DNA from: an uncultured Bacteroidota bacterium
Lineage (GTDB): Bacteria; Bacteroidota; Bacteroidia; Chitinophagales; Chitinophagaceae
DNA length: 64,000 nt
Assembly: GCA_963745445.1 (NCBI GenBank)
Contig: CAVUXD010000004.1
Coordinates: 33,663-97,662, forward strand
Direction: 5' to 3'
Of the stretch, positions 24,428 through 36,455 are shown one piece after another; within the stretch, counting starts at the first letter, position 1; each line of letters starts with the position of its first letter. Under the pieces are notes generated by a model. It had not been told where the DNA came from. It ran no database searches and saw only the letters and a program-made list of their open reading frames with translations. The position numbers were made by a program, and so were the translations under genes.

Positions 24428-25129
24428 TTATTTTTTTTCCACTGGATCATCAGGCGGTACCACTGTAAAGCTGGCGGCACTGATCAGTTTGTCATTCTTC
24501 TTTGCATTATAAACAGAGATCACAACTCTTTGTCCCGCTACAGAAACTCTTACTTTAAATTTTCCATCACCCATGGGCACAATGCTTCCCTTGGTAATTG
24601 TGGCCATTAAGTTTTCATCTTTCACCTTGTACACATGAATGGTTATTTCGTTAGTAGTGCCGGCATAAAGTATATAAGGTTTTGCAGAGCTAAATTCTAT
24701 TCCTTCTTCCTGAACTACAAAAGACACAGGTTGTTTCCTGTAAGCCTTGACAGGTCGCCCGTCCTGAACAGCAGGTTCCCATTTTCCGGATTTTAATATG
24801 ATCCTTACGACTTCCTGCTCCATGCCATAACCTTCTTTGGTCAATGCTTTCACTTCTGTCACGTTTCCATCTTTATCTACAATAAACTGTGCTATCACCG
24901 TATAATAACCAATAGGAGCGCCATTGTCTGCCGGATTGAATCCAGACATATTTTCCTGAAGGTATTGTTTCCAGCCAGCATCACCTCCCGGAAAAGAAGC
25001 TTCTATTTCAACTTTATCAATAATAGCTGCATCTTTTTTTGTAGAGTCGATCTTTTCGGTAGTCTGCGAAAATGAAACATCAAAAAAAAGTAAAAGGCAA
25101 AGCAGTGTTGGTATTGAATGAAAATTCAT
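24428..25129 (-). CDS. TonB C-terminal-domain protein with an extra C-terminal beta domain
   Basis: Intact 233 aa with a signal peptide. EASFPGGDAGWKQYLQEN..IAQFIVDKDGNVTEVKAL..GKWEPAVQDGRPVKAY is the TonB_C fold. Confidence 0.8.
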   Translation of the reverse strand: MNFHSIPTLLCLLLFFDVSFSQTTEKIDSTKKDAAIIDKVEIEASFPGGDAGWKQYLQENMSGFNPADNGAPIGYYTVIAQFIVDKDGNVTEVKALTKEGYGMEQEVVRIILKSGKWEPAVQDGRPVKAYRKQPVSFVVQEEGIEFSSAKPYILYAGTTNEITIHVYKVKDENLMATITKGSIVPMGDGKFKVRVSVAGQRVVISVYNAKKNDKLISAASFTVVPPDDPVEKK

Positions 25130-25383
25130 AGATAGTTTCTTTATAGAAAGGTATTTATTTTTTTACTGCTGTCATAACCTCGCAAACATTTTTCCGGAGT
25201 TTGCATAGTTGATACCGCCTGTTCCCGGAAAAATTTCATAAGCAGAGGGATTTAAACCAGGTCACGCAAATTAAAATTTGCATTTAATTATTCAGATATT
25301 ACTATTCTTATTTCTGTATAACTTACACTATGATTTTTATTTTTCTTTCACATAATTCACTTGATGCTTTGAGCCAATTATCT

Positions 25384-25391
25384 TACCTTTG
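25384..25391 (+). promoter_or_regulatory. candidate -7 promoter box (TACCTTTG)
   Basis: Exact TAnnTTTG match about 130 nt upstream of the small ORF at 25523. It implies a long untranslated leader. Confidence 0.4.
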
Positions 25392-25522
25392 CATCCACAA
25401 TTGAGCATTGTAGAATTAATTCGTACAAACAGGTGATTGGATCTCCATAGTTTTCTAACGATACCTAGGTGTCTATCCTCCCTCGCTCAAGCATTTTATT
25501 GTAAAAATTAAACAGGAAATAT

Positions 25523-25714
25523 ATGATGAATGGAAATGTTATGCCATCTATGGCGCAAATAGAACCAGAAGTATTAAAAGACCTGGTAAACGAAGTAAAA
25601 GAAACTATTGCTACTGACTTCGAGATGCCGGACAAGCCGAAGCAATTCGGTGCAGTGGATATGTGGAATATCCGCCGGAATTCGGTATCGGCAAGTCAGC
25701 GATTCAAGGGCTAA
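25523..25714 (+). CDS. small hypothetical protein (63 aa)
   Basis: Intact ORF (MMNGNVMPSMAQIEPEVLKDLVNEVKETIATDFEMPDKPKQFGAVDMWNIRRNS..). It sits between a promoter-like box and a strong terminator. No known motif. Confidence 0.5.
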   Translation: MMNGNVMPSMAQIEPEVLKDLVNEVKETIATDFEMPDKPKQFGAVDMWNIRRNSVSASQRFKG

Positions 25715-25731
25715 TCTTATCTTTTATGAAT

Positions 25732-25762
25732 AGAGCCGGCTTTTGCCGGCTCTTGTTTTTTT
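25732..25762 (+). terminator. Rho-independent terminator
   Basis: AGAGCCGGC-tttt-GCCGGCTCT is a perfect 9-bp GC-rich stem followed by TGTTTTTTT. Confidence 0.75.
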
Positions 25763-25837
25763 AATCGTTTCCGTATCTCACTAACCCCAACGAAGTATTC
25801 TTAACTTCTGAGGTTAGCGTCCTCGCCACCTTTCTCA

Positions 25838-26137
25838 TTAATACCTTCTGCGGTCATTACCAAACCCGGGCTTTTTGTAACCACCACCGCCTTTGGGTCT
25901 ATCTTCTGCAGCTTTTACTACTAGCGGTTTTTTCCCGAGTGAAATACCATCGAGATGTTCAATAGCTTCTCTGGCTTCTGACTCATTTGCCATTTCCACA
26001 AAACCAAAACCCCTGCTTTTACCGGTCTCCCGGTCAATAGAAACTTTGGCAGAAATAATTTTCCCGAATTTTTCAAAAATTTCTTCGAGCTCTGCATCAT
26101 CAAGGTCGTAAGGAAGACCGGCGACAAAAAGGTTCAT
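25838..26137 (-). CDS. RNA-binding protein (single RRM domain, Gly/Arg tail)
   Basis: Intact 99 aa with RNP2 LFVAGL, RNP1 RGFGFVEM, and a C-terminal GGGGYKKPGFGNDRRRY. Confidence 0.9.
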   Translation of the reverse strand: MNLFVAGLPYDLDDAELEEIFEKFGKIISAKVSIDRETGKSRGFGFVEMANESEAREAIEHLDGISLGKKPLVVKAAEDRPKGGGGYKKPGFGNDRRRY

Positions 26138-26150
26138 ACTTTAATTTTGA

Positions 26151-26158
26151 CAAAGATA
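26151..26158 (-). promoter_or_regulatory. candidate -7 box (TATCTTTG on the minus strand) for the RRM gene
   Basis: Exact TAnnTTTG 14 nt upstream of the ATG, which would give a very short leader. Motif match only. Confidence 0.3.
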
Positions 26159-26232
26159 GTGTTCGTTCTTATTCCGGCAGTTGATTTTGCATCCGCTTTT
26201 AGCAGATAAACCTCCGCCGGTATTTTGCTAAA

Positions 26233-26260
26233 ATAAAAAAAGCTCCCACTATCGGGAGCC
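26233..26260 (-). terminator. Rho-independent terminator of the NTF2-like lipoprotein gene
   Basis: On the minus strand, GGCTCCC-gatagt-GGGAGC is followed by TTTTTTTATTTT. Confidence 0.65.
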
Positions 26261-26277
26261 TTTATTCTACTGCGAAT

Positions 26278-26838
26278 TTATTTTTTCATCATTTTAGGAG
26301 GAGCGGCGGCGGCCCTGTATTGAAACATCATGTCAGCTTTACCATCGTTATTGAATCTCCAGGTTTCCTGCAGACGGAAAGAATCTACTTTTCCTTTGTT
26401 GCTGTCTCTTTCCGTTCCCCAGATCAAAGCCCAATGTTCATTTTTATCCGTACTCTTTACGGCCATAATTGCATCTACGCTGCTTGTGCTTGTTCCGAGT
26501 GAATTTCTATAAGTCTGGGTTGCTGCCAGAATGCTGTCGCTTTTTCCGTTCATCATGGAGCCATCGGCTAAGTACATTACAACTGAATCTGCAAACATAT
26601 CTTTAGCTTTTGAGAGATCACCCGCATCCCAAACTTTCCAGAGATTTAATAGTGTTTCTGCATTTTTGGGATCGTCCATAGCAAATTTGGATGAATAGAC
26701 AACCGGGTAAGGAGACATAATGTCCTTCATTTGCATAGTCGTGCCGGTTGAATCAGATCCTGATTTTGCAGGCTCATTGTTTTTGGAATTACAGGCTGCA
26801 AGCAAAGCAATAGAAGCGAAAAGAAAGATTTTTTTCAT
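26278..26838 (-). CDS. lipoprotein, NTF2/SnoaL-like fold suspected
   Basis: Intact 186 aa with lipobox LLAAC. The pattern LLNLWKVWDAGDLSKAKDMFADSVVMY resembles SnoaL-like polyketide-cyclase-fold proteins; this family assignment is weak. Confidence 0.7.
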   Translation of the reverse strand: MKKIFLFASIALLAACNSKNNEPAKSGSDSTGTTMQMKDIMSPYPVVYSSKFAMDDPKNAETLLNLWKVWDAGDLSKAKDMFADSVVMYLADGSMMNGKSDSILAATQTYRNSLGTSTSSVDAIMAVKSTDKNEHWALIWGTERDSNKGKVDSFRLQETWRFNNDGKADMMFQYRAAAAPPKMMKK

Positions 26839-27017
26839 AATCGTTGTTTTTGGTTTAAAATTTTAAATGCCGGGTTTAATAAGGCACAGAGGGAAAGAAT
26901 GCACGGGGTAAGAAACCGAAAGATGATTATCGAAGATAGTAAAAGTTCAAATAGGACGCATCGTTTTCTGCATAATTTCGATTTATTGATTTGTTATCTG
27001 CCCGGAAGCTTTTAGCA

Positions 27018-27467
27018 TCAATGAACCATAGTAATCCTTTCAAAAATAGTGTCAGGAGCCAAATACATACTGTCCATAAGAATCATGTTTGCAGCATCCA
27101 GTTTGAGGATATTACAATATACATTATCTGCCCGGAGTTGTGTTTCATTTTGAAGAAATCCCCAGGTGCCGATATGGATCACGTCTGGATCAGAGGGGTT
27201 ACATTTTGTAGCACCTTCACTCAACTGGTACTGAAAATTGGTGCTAAACTGATAGATGTCATCCTGTGTACATGCAGGTTCTGATGGAAACTGGTCCACA
27301 TAAGTACCAGTTGAATTCATTTTCTGTTCATACTTACTGATCTTCCAGGTTTCTTGGGTCAGGTAATCGGTATTGGTAAACATGGGACTGCTGTTACCGT
27401 ATTTTTTGCAGGAGATGGCAATTACCATAACGGCAATAACAAAGAAGATATCATTCCGATGTTTCAT
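27018..27467 (-). CDS. lipoprotein, lipocalin-like domain suspected
   Basis: The start is taken at MKHRNDIFFVIAVMVIAISC (lipobox). The rest (WKISKYE..CTQDDIYQF..GTWGF..ILKLDAANMIL) resembles small lipocalin-like Bacteroidota lipoproteins. Confidence 0.65.
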   Translation of the reverse strand: MKHRNDIFFVIAVMVIAISCKKYGNSSPMFTNTDYLTQETWKISKYEQKMNSTGTYVDQFPSEPACTQDDIYQFSTNFQYQLSEGATKCNPSDPDVIHIGTWGFLQNETQLRADNVYCNILKLDAANMILMDSMYLAPDTIFERITMVH

Positions 27468-27620
27468 AGCTGAATTGTAAAAGAAGTAAGACAGGATCAG
27501 CAAAACCAATGACAATATAGGTCATTCGTAATTACTCAACACAGCAATTCTCTATATGTTACCGGGAGGGGATTGCCGGATCGCAAATCAAGATCTCTGT
27601 ATTTCCAGTTTACTGAAATA

Positions 27621-29576
27621 TCAGAATGCTTTTTGAGTTCCGTTAGCAGCACCTGTTTTCAATACATTGATCATTGCAGAAAGTTCATCCACCAGTTTAT
27701 CAGCGCTGCCATCATAACCGATCTCTTTGAAACGGATATTACTGGAAGGATCAATTACAAATTTTGTAGGAATACCTTCTACTGCATAGCTGCCGATCAC
27801 TTTATCATCAGTATCCAGCAGTACATTGAATGTGTATTTATTCTTTTGAATGAATTCATCGGCATTCTTCTGCATTTCATCCGGCTTCTTACTTTCCCAG
27901 CTATCTACAAAAACAAATTTTACATCAGGGTCATCCTTATAAAGGTTCAATGCCTGTTGCATAGCAGGGAAGGAGGCTTTGCAGGGTCCGCACCATGTAG
28001 CCCAGAAATCCACCACCACCACTTTTCCTTTCAGGTCATCCAATGAAACAGTATTGCCGGAAATATCTTTCAATGCAAATTTCGGAGCTGCTTCACTGAT
28101 CATCTTTTTTATCACCTCTTCTTTCAATTTTTCACGGTATTCTTTCATCAGATTATCGAGATAGCTTGCATATTCTGCATCAGTATGTCCGCTGGCGAGA
28201 TATGCTTTCTTCAGTATCTCTTTCATTTTAGGAGAAGATTTGCCTTCTTTCACATATCCCTCTATTTCATCTTTTACCGCACTAACGCCTTTGACTTCTT
28301 CTTTATATACAATATATCTTTCATTTGCTTCTGCATCGCCTAGGTTCATACTCTTTCACGGCTGTTTCCTGGGTTTTATAAGCTTCATTCTTTTGTCCCA
28401 GCTTCCATAAAATGAGAGCATGAGTATCGCTGTACATTCCATTAGTATAATCCAGGTTCTTTTTATATTCTTTATCGGTATAGTAAGTAGGTTTATTTTT
28501 CGGATGCACCATAGAAACCTTCAGGTAAGACAGTGCTTTGGAGGAAAGATCTTTTGCCATTTGCAGATTGCTGGTGCTGGTTTTGCTATCCAGGCTTTCT
28601 CCGGAAAGTGTCCAGGCCAGGTTGTTATAAGAACTTGCCAGCATATCCTTGTCAGTGATATGGGAACTGTATTGCTTATACAGCGCCCAGTTTTTCTTAG
28701 CAGCCGCAGCGGAAGCCATTGCACTGTATAGGCTGTTTACCGTTCTTTTATCATTGTCATTTTTTGGAGGATAATTTTTCAAAAAAGTATTCATCAAAAC
28801 CTGTTTCTTTTTAAGATCAGACTCATTGTAAAAAGCATTGAGTTGATCTGATTTTGCCAGGCTTCCTTTCGGAAATTTTTTAATAGCCTCAGCTTTTAAT
28901 TTATCAGAAGTTTGTTTGTCACCCAATCTTTGGTAGGTATACATCAGGGTTTGATAATCGGGTTCTGTTTTATTTTCTTTTGATGCTAACTCATCGATCA
29001 AAGGTTTTACTTTTTCTTTGGCAGAGTTTTTATCAATACGCACCTGCAGACCGGCGTAGGAAAGAAGATATTTTGATTTTAGGTCTGGGTTACGGCTCGA
29101 ATTCCTTGTTATAAAGTTCCAGTGATTGATTGGGATCAGCTCTTGAGCTGCATCAGGAAAGAACCATAGGTATTATTGAAATCTGCTACTGCGATATAGG
29201 CGCCTTTCACAGGTTCGCCATTTGCGTACAACATCAATGAATAGCCCTGCTCTTTATTGTTATCGATGAGTTCATCTTTTTTGAAAACAATAAAGACGGC
29301 TTTGGTGCTGTCATTGGTCATAATATCTCCTGACCATTTATCGCCGTCGGCTTTCAGCCAGGCTTCCTGTGCTCTTACTGAACCATCGCTGATATAGGCA
29401 ATGGCATCAAAAAAATTTTCATTTCCTAAAACAGTTCCCTTTGTTGAATATTCAAAATGGATCTTGTCTCCGGGTTTGGGTTGTGCAGGAGAAAAAACCA
29501 GGTTGCTGTTTTGCTGACTAAAAGAAAAAAAAGTTGTTGAAAGAAGTACAACAACTAATACAAATCTTGCTTTCAT
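27621..29576 (-). pseudogene. TlpA-like thiol:disulfide oxidoreductase with long N-terminal and TPR-like extension, 2 frameshifts
   Basis: Three colinear fragments. 29136-29576 holds the signal peptide MKARFVLVVVLL and a beta-rich domain. 28321-29043 is a helical repeat region. 27621-28349 is the thioredoxin fold with VVVDFWATWCGPCK. Confidence 0.75.
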
Positions 29577-29675
29577 ATAATGAAGTTTATGGTCAAAAAT
29601 AGGATGACCCTTAAAGGTAGGGAGAAATAAAAAACCGGAATGACCACTCATCCCGGTTTTTCTCTTTGTGAGTAA

Positions 29676-30102
29676 TTATTTATCGCCTCCTAATATTACT
29701 ACGAGGGCATATATAATGCCCGGCAGCCAGAATAACAATGTAAGAAGTACGCTGATCCAGAACCTATTGTTGACCTCACCTTCATACAGGTAAACAGCTA
29801 AAGGCGGAAGTAGTATTGCAAGGATAACAAAGTAAAACCGTGTTGTCACTGGCATCATGACCGGCTTTTTTTTCAGCCTTGTAATGTTTGATCAGGGCCT
29901 TTACTTCTTTAATACGATCTTTCCTTTCATTTTTAGAAAGATTTTTGAATTCCCTGATAGCGGATTTCAATGTTGCCGGATCGGGTTTGCCAGGTAAGAT
30001 CACCGAGCTATTAGAAGGTATCACGATAGAAGCCTGGGAATTTTCGGAAATAAAAACACCCAGCATCAACAGAGCAACAAGAATGAGAACATTTTTTTTC
30101 AT
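29676..30102 (-). pseudogene. exported protein with a C-terminal Pmp3/YqaE (UPF0057) membrane domain, one frameshift near 29850
   Basis: Fragment 29782-30102 (signal peptide, Lys-rich helix) reads ..DASDNTVLL. The frame then shifts into 29676-29858, ..VILAILLPPLAVYLYEG..WISVLLTLLFWLPGIIYALVVI, which is the Pmp3 signature. Confidence 0.55.
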
Positions 30103-30215
30103 AGCAGTTTTTTTTTAAAAGTCCGGAAATTTTAGATTTAAGTCATTTTATATTGAAATCGTCGGGTCAGTCAGCATAATTTTCTAAACACCGGAATAGA
30201 ATAAGGCAATTTCTT

Positions 30216-30371
30216 TTAAACAATATCCATAGCTTTTACAAGAGAAGTAGCTAAAAAAGGTAAAATAAATGTGAGCCAGGGCCAATGGTTATAAATGGCG
30301 AAGGCAAGACCTGCCGCCGAAATAATGAATAAAAGCCAGTAAAGTCCTTTATACTTCTTTTTTTGTTCCAT
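30216..30371 (-). CDS. possible small membrane protein (51 aa)
   Basis: MEQKKKYKGLYWLLFIISAAGLAFAIYNHWPWLTFILPFLATSLVKAMDIV has two hydrophobic helices. It is below the ORF-track size cutoff and has no homology evidence. Confidence 0.25.
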   Translation of the reverse strand: MEQKKKYKGLYWLLFIISAAGLAFAIYNHWPWLTFILPFLATSLVKAMDIV

Positions 30372-30569
30372 CGCAGAAATTTTTGGCAAAAATAATGCGG
30401 TAGTTGTAAAAGAAAAAATTAGTTTTCAACTTATTAGCTGCTTTCTTTGATTAAATAAGCAGGATAAGTAACTGTAAAATATTGTGCAAAGACTTTTCCA
30501 GCTTAAATCAGTAAAGTGTCTTAAGAACACATTATATTTGATCTGACAAAAAGATGACGAAAAAGTGAT

Positions 30570-33252
30570 ATGAAGCTCCAATTTTACTTAAAATTCCATA
30601 CCGGGTTTGGCCAGAGTCTATGGATCAGCGGAAACCTTGATGAGTTAGGAAATGGTGATGAGAAAATGGCTTTGCCGATGGAATATTTGAATGAAGAATT
30701 CTGGCAATGCACCCTGAACATAAAAAGGAAAAACATTACCGAACCGGTAATCTATAAATACTTTTTAAAAAATAAGGATGGAGAACTGATCTGGGAGTGG
30801 GGCAATGACCGGTTAATCAATGTTATTAAAAAAGATGTCAGCGAAGTACAGCTCACTGATACCTGGAATCATGCGGGTGAATACGAGAATGTTTTTTTCA
30901 CCGCACCTTTTAAAAATGTTTTACTCGGGAATAAAACCGCTGCACCCAAACCAAAAGAAGACAAAAAAAATTTCACGTATCTCTTCAGGGTAAAAGCCCC
31001 GCTTCTGAAAAAAAATGAATCGGCTTGTATCATTGGGAGTTGCAATACGCTGGGAAACTGGTCAACCGAAAAGCCTTTGTTGCTTTCAAAAAAAGACGAT
31101 TGGTACGAAGCCAAACTGGATCTGTCTGAAGATAGTTTTCCGGTGGCTTATAAATATGGTGTATATGACTAAAGCAAAAAGAATTTGTTGCGTATGAATC
31201 AGGCAATAACCGTTTGTTATACGGTGATGCATCAAAGAAAAAAATCAATATCCTTCATGATGGTTTTGTTCATTTACCAAATAATACCTGGAAAGGAGCA
31301 GGAGTGGCCATACCTGTATTTAGTCTTCGCAGCAAGAACAGTTTTGGCGTGGGTGAATTTACTGATATTAAATTGCTGGTTGATTGGGCAGTAAAGCAGG
31401 TTTGAAATTGATTCAGATACTACCGGTCAATGATACTATTGCTACACATACTATTTCCGATTCTTATCCTTATGCGGCTATTTCTGCATTTGCATTGCAC
31501 CCGTTCTATATCAATCTTTTTGAGCTGGCCGGGAAAAATATGCTTCAAAAATTCAGAACCTTAAAAAAGAACAGAAGCAACTCAATAAACTGGCTGAAAT
31601 GGATTATGAGGAGGTAATGAAGTTCAAATTAGCCGTGCTGAAAGAATTATATGAAGTAATGGGAGAGGAGATGCTTGAATCGAAGAATACAAAGAATTTT
31701 TTGATAATAATAAACATTGGCTGCTTCCATATGCCGCTTTTTGTTTTTTCAGGGATAAATATGGACTTCATCTTTTGAAAATGGAAAACCACAGTGATTA
31801 TAATAAAGAAGAAATTGAAAAATTGTATTCTCCTCAATCATCCTCCAGTGCAGATATTTCTTTTTACTATTTTGTTCAATATCATTTGCATTGCAGTTAA
31901 AAGAAGCTGCAGATTATGCCCATAAAAAAGGATTGATCTAAAAGGAGATATGCCTATTGGCATATAGCTACAGTTGTGATGCATGGATTGCTCCGGAATT
32001 ATTTAATATGGAGCGGACAGGCTGGTGCTCCGCCGGATGATTTTACTGCAAAAGGACAGAACTGGGGATTTCCTACTTACAACTGGAAACGAATGCAGGA
32101 AGATGGATTTGCCTGGTGGAAACAACGTTTTGAGCAAATGAGTAATTATTTCGATGCATTCCGTATCGATCATATTCTTGGTTTTTTCCGCATCTGGAAT
32201 ATTCCGATCCATGCAGTGCAAGGAATCATGGGACATTTTGTTCCTGCTATTCCTGTTCATATTGTTGAATTTGGAGAAAATGGTATCTGGTTCGATGATC
32301 AGCGTTATTGCAAACCATTTATTACTGATGCAGTATTGGTGAAATTTTTGGAGAACTGTGCTGAAACAGTGAGATCAGAATATCTTGTTACCAAATAATT
32401 ATTCGGGGGTATGATCTTACTACCGGAATTTGCAACACAACGACAGGTAGAAAACTTTTTTGCAGTCAGTTGAGAGGAATCTGAAGAAAATGAAAAATTA
32501 AAACAGGGATTATTTGATCTTATTTCCAATGTGATCTTATTTGAAGAAGAAGGTTCGCAGGGACAGGAGTTTCATTTTCGTATTTCTATGGAAAAAACAT
32601 CTTTCTTTCAAATACCTGATTCCGCTTGTACAGGAAAAATTAAAGGAGATCTTTATATTAATTATTTCTACCGCCGCCAGGATGATTTTTGGAAAAAAGA
32701 AGCTATGCACAAACTTCCGCAATTGAAAGGTGCAACCAATATGCTGGTCTGTGGTGAAGATCTTGGAATGGTACCTCATTGTGTACCGGATGTAATGAAA
32801 CAATTAGGTATTCTCAGCCTGGAAATACAACGGATGCCAAAAGATATCAAAAAAGAATTTTTTCATCCCAATGATGCACCTTATCTATCTGTTATTACTC
32901 CTTCTACACATGATATGAGTACTATCCGTGGCTGGTGGGAAGAGAACCGGGAAAAAACACAGCGATTTTTATAATCATGTGCTTGGGACAATGGGGCGAT
33001 GCACCTTATTTTTGTGAATCATGGATCAACCGGGCTATTGTTTTGCAGCATTTATATTCACCGGCCATGTGGAGTATTTTTCAGTTGCAGGATATTTTGG
33101 GAATGAGTGAAACGCTTCGCCGTGAAAATCCACATGAAGAAAGAATCAATAATCCTGCCAATTGCAAAACATTACTGGCAATACCGGATGCATATCATCT
33201 TGAAGATCTTATCAAAGCAAAAGAATTCAATAAAGAATTAAGGGATATGTAG
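30570..33252 (+). pseudogene. malQ: 4-alpha-glucanotransferase (GH77 amylomaltase) with N-terminal CBM20 domains, at least 6 frameshifts
   Basis: Fragment 30570-31172 holds two CBM20-like modules (GQSLWISGNLDELGNG, CIIGSCNTLGNWS). Later fragments give AGVAIPVFSLRSKNSFGVGEF, LIQILPVNDT, PPDDFTAKGQNWGFP, FRIDHILGFFRIW, VCGEDLGMVPHCV and STHDMSTIRGWW. Confidence 0.88.
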
Positions 33253-33331
33253 ATGCATAGCGGAAGATAGAGTGATTCTAAATTTTCTGAATAAGTTTGT
33301 CTCTGATTATTACAACGTTCATATTTGCATC

Positions 33332-34362
33332 ATGAAAGTAAATTACTGGCCATATAATCTTAAATTCCGTCATCCTTTCACTATTTCCAAAGGAACAAAA
33401 ACACATCAGCCAACATTAATTGTTGAACTGGAACATTTCGGAATCAAAGGTTATGGTGAAGCACCGGCTATTGCTTATTATAATATTCCTGTTGAAAAAA
33501 TGATCGAAGACCTGGAAAGCAAAGAAAACGATTTGTTGAAAAATTTGCTTTCACCGAACCTGAACGTTACTGGCATTACCTGCATCATTTATTTCCGCAG
33601 AATCCTTTTTTGGTTTGTGCACTGGATATAGCTGCCTGGGATATGTATGGCAAAATGAAAAACAAAAAACTTTATGAACTCTGGAATGGTGATATTTCCA
33701 AAAATCCAATGACTGATTATACCATCGGTATTGATAGCATTGAAAAGATGGTAGCCAAGCTGAAAGAAAAACCCTGGCCGATCTATAAAATAAAAGTGGG
33801 AACGGCAGATGATATTGCCATTGTAAAAGCATTGAGAGAAAATACAGATGCAATATTAAGAGTAGATGCCAATGCTGCCTGGGATGTTGAAACGGCTTTG
33901 AAACTAATTCCTCAATTAAAAGAACTGGGAGTGGAATTTGTGGAACAACCGTTGGCAAAAGATAATTGGGAAGGAATGAAAATATTGTTTAAAGAATCTT
34001 CATTACCATTGATTGCAGATGAAGCTTGTGTATTTGAAAAGGATGTGGAAAAATGCAAAGATCATTTTCATGGTATCAATATCAAACTGACCAAATGCAG
34101 CGGCATTACTCCGGCACTACGAATGATAAAAAGAGCAAGGGAACTGGATATGAAAGTAATGATCGGCTGTATGAATGAATCAACGGTCGGTTCTGCTGCT
34201 ATTGCTCATTTACTTCCTTTTATTGATTATGTTGATATGGATGGCCCTTTATTACTGGAAGAAGATGTGGCTACCGGAATTCAATATGATTTTGGAAAAA
34301 TCATTTATTCCGATAAACCGGGTTTGGGAATTGATTATACAGGATTATTTCAAAATAATTGA
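33332..34362 (+). pseudogene. dipeptide (L-Ala-D/L-Glu) epimerase, enolase superfamily, 1-2 frameshifts near 33550-33610
   Basis: MKVNYWPYNLKFRHPFTISKGTKTHQPTLIVELEHFGIKGYGEA is the capping domain. Fragment 33610-34362 holds ILRVDANAAWD, VEFVEQPL, LIADEA and INIKLTKCSGIT (barrel metal and base residues). Confidence 0.8.
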
Positions 34363-34419
34363 AGATGCCGGATGAATCCTGGCACTTTTCATATTAGTTT
34401 ACTTCATTGTCATTCGTGT

Positions 34420-36455
34420 TTACCAGATTTTCACTCTCAAACTATCCGCCCGGTACATCGTATCTCCGGGTTTTATATTAAATGCTTCATAGAATTCATC
34501 TACATCCATAAAAGGCCCGTTCACTCTATACTTTGCCGGAGAATGCACATCAGTTAAAAGTTGTCTTCTAATAATTCTTCACGGTTGCCAGAGCCATCCT
34601 AATGCATAGCCAAGAAAAAAACGTTGCATCGGAGTAAGTCCGGCAATTTTTTCACCTTTTTTATATTGTTCTGTTTTTTTGAAAGCATCAATACCTAACA
34701 ACAATGCCGCCGAGATCTGCAATGTTTTCACCTTGCGTAGCCTCTCCATTAATATGATATCCTTTCACCGGCTCAAATTCATCGAATTGTTTTATGATCA
34801 GTTGTGCTCGTTTGGTAAATTCAGACTGAATCATCTTTGGTCCACCATCTTTTCAGATTCCCTTTTGCATCAAATTTTCTTCCCTGGTCATCAAAACCGT
34901 GGGTGATCTCATGACCGATGGTGGAAGCAGCGCCATAGCCATATACGATAGCATCATCCAATTCTTCATCTCTAAAACCGGGAATGATAAATTGAGCGGC
35001 AGGTAAAGTAATGTCGTTATTGGATGGATTATAATATGCATTGTAGGTTTGCGGATTCATATCCCATTCATCTCTGTCAACCGGCTTTCCCAATTTATTA
35101 TATTGATAGTTATGCCACCATTCATTCGCATTGATTACATTTTGCACATAGCTATCTGTCCCGATCTCCAATGCTGAATAATCTTTCCACTTATCCGGGT
35201 AGCCAACTTTCTTTTTGATGGTAGCCAGTTTATCATAAGCTTTTTGTTTAGTACTGTCGCTCATCCATGTCAGCTTGCTGATATGATCTTTTAGTGCATC
35301 ACGAATGGCTTCGGTCATTACCTCATAGCGTTGCTTATCTTTTTCACTTACATAATCTTTTACATACAGTTGTCCTAAAATTTGTCCCATCAATCCATTC
35401 TCCTGTCCGATCACTATTTTCCAGCGAGGTCTTCTTTGTTTAGCGCCGCTGAATAATCTTCCGAAATCAAAAGCAGACTGGATATAAGCATCAGATAATT
35501 CCGTGGAAAAATCACTGATCAGGTTAAACTTCAAATAACTCTTCCAGACAGGAATAGGTGTAGTCTTCAAAACATTATCCAGCGCTTTGAAAAATTCGGG
35601 TTGGCCTACAATAACTGAATCAATACTTTTTACCCCGATATTGCTGAGATAAGACGTCCAGTCAATTGATGTGGACAGTTTTGGCAGACTGGTTATTGCA
35701 ACTTTGTTGTAATTCTTATAATCATCCCGAAGATCATTTAATGTCCTTGATGCTTTTGCCAATTTTGTTTCTAACGCCATAATATCTTTAGCATCGCTCT
35801 TCGACTTACTGCTATCTTCACCGGACATGGTCAGTGTTTTTGAAATATATTTTACATATTCATTCCTGATATTAGCTGTCGCAGAATCGCCCCTGAAATA
35901 ATATTCCCGTTCCGGTAAACCAATGCCGCCTTGCCAAAGCGTATAAATCATTACATCGCTGTTTTTACTATCCTGGTTTACAAAATCGGAAAACAAAGTA
36001 GAGGAACCGATCTTTTTAAGTTCTGCTACTGTGTTCACCAGTGATTTTATATCGGTAATTGAATTTATTTTATCAAACCAGGGTTGAAGCGGTTTAAGTT
36101 CTAATGCATCAGCTTTAGTGCTGTCCATTGCTGTTTTCCAAAAATCCCCGATTTTTTGATCTGAAGTTCCTTTGGCTGCATTAGCTGCTACTGCTTTTTC
36201 GTTGATCTCTTTAAAACGTCTTGCGTTTTCTTCATCGACTAAATTGCCAATGCCCCAACTGCTGTAATCAGCAGGTATCGGATTTTTCTTCAACCAACCT
36301 CCGTTCGCATATTGAAAGAAATCAGTGGCAGGACTCACAGTCGTATCCATGTCTTCAATAAGAATATCCTCTTTAGCAGTTTCAGTTTTATTCTGTTTGC
36401 AGGAGATGGCTGTAAAGCAAACAACGAGAAGTAAGAGATAAAATTTATTCAGCAT
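34420..36455 (-). pseudogene. M13 family (neprilysin/PepO-like) metallopeptidase lipoprotein, 2-3 frameshifts in the last 450 nt
   Basis: Fragment 34821-36455 (544 aa) has lipobox AISC and HEITHGFDDQG (HExxH). Shifted frames downstream supply GENIADLGG (ENxADxGG) and ..VNGPFMDVDEFYEAFNIKPGDTMYRADSLRVKIW, ending at the stop at 34420-34422. Confidence 0.85.
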
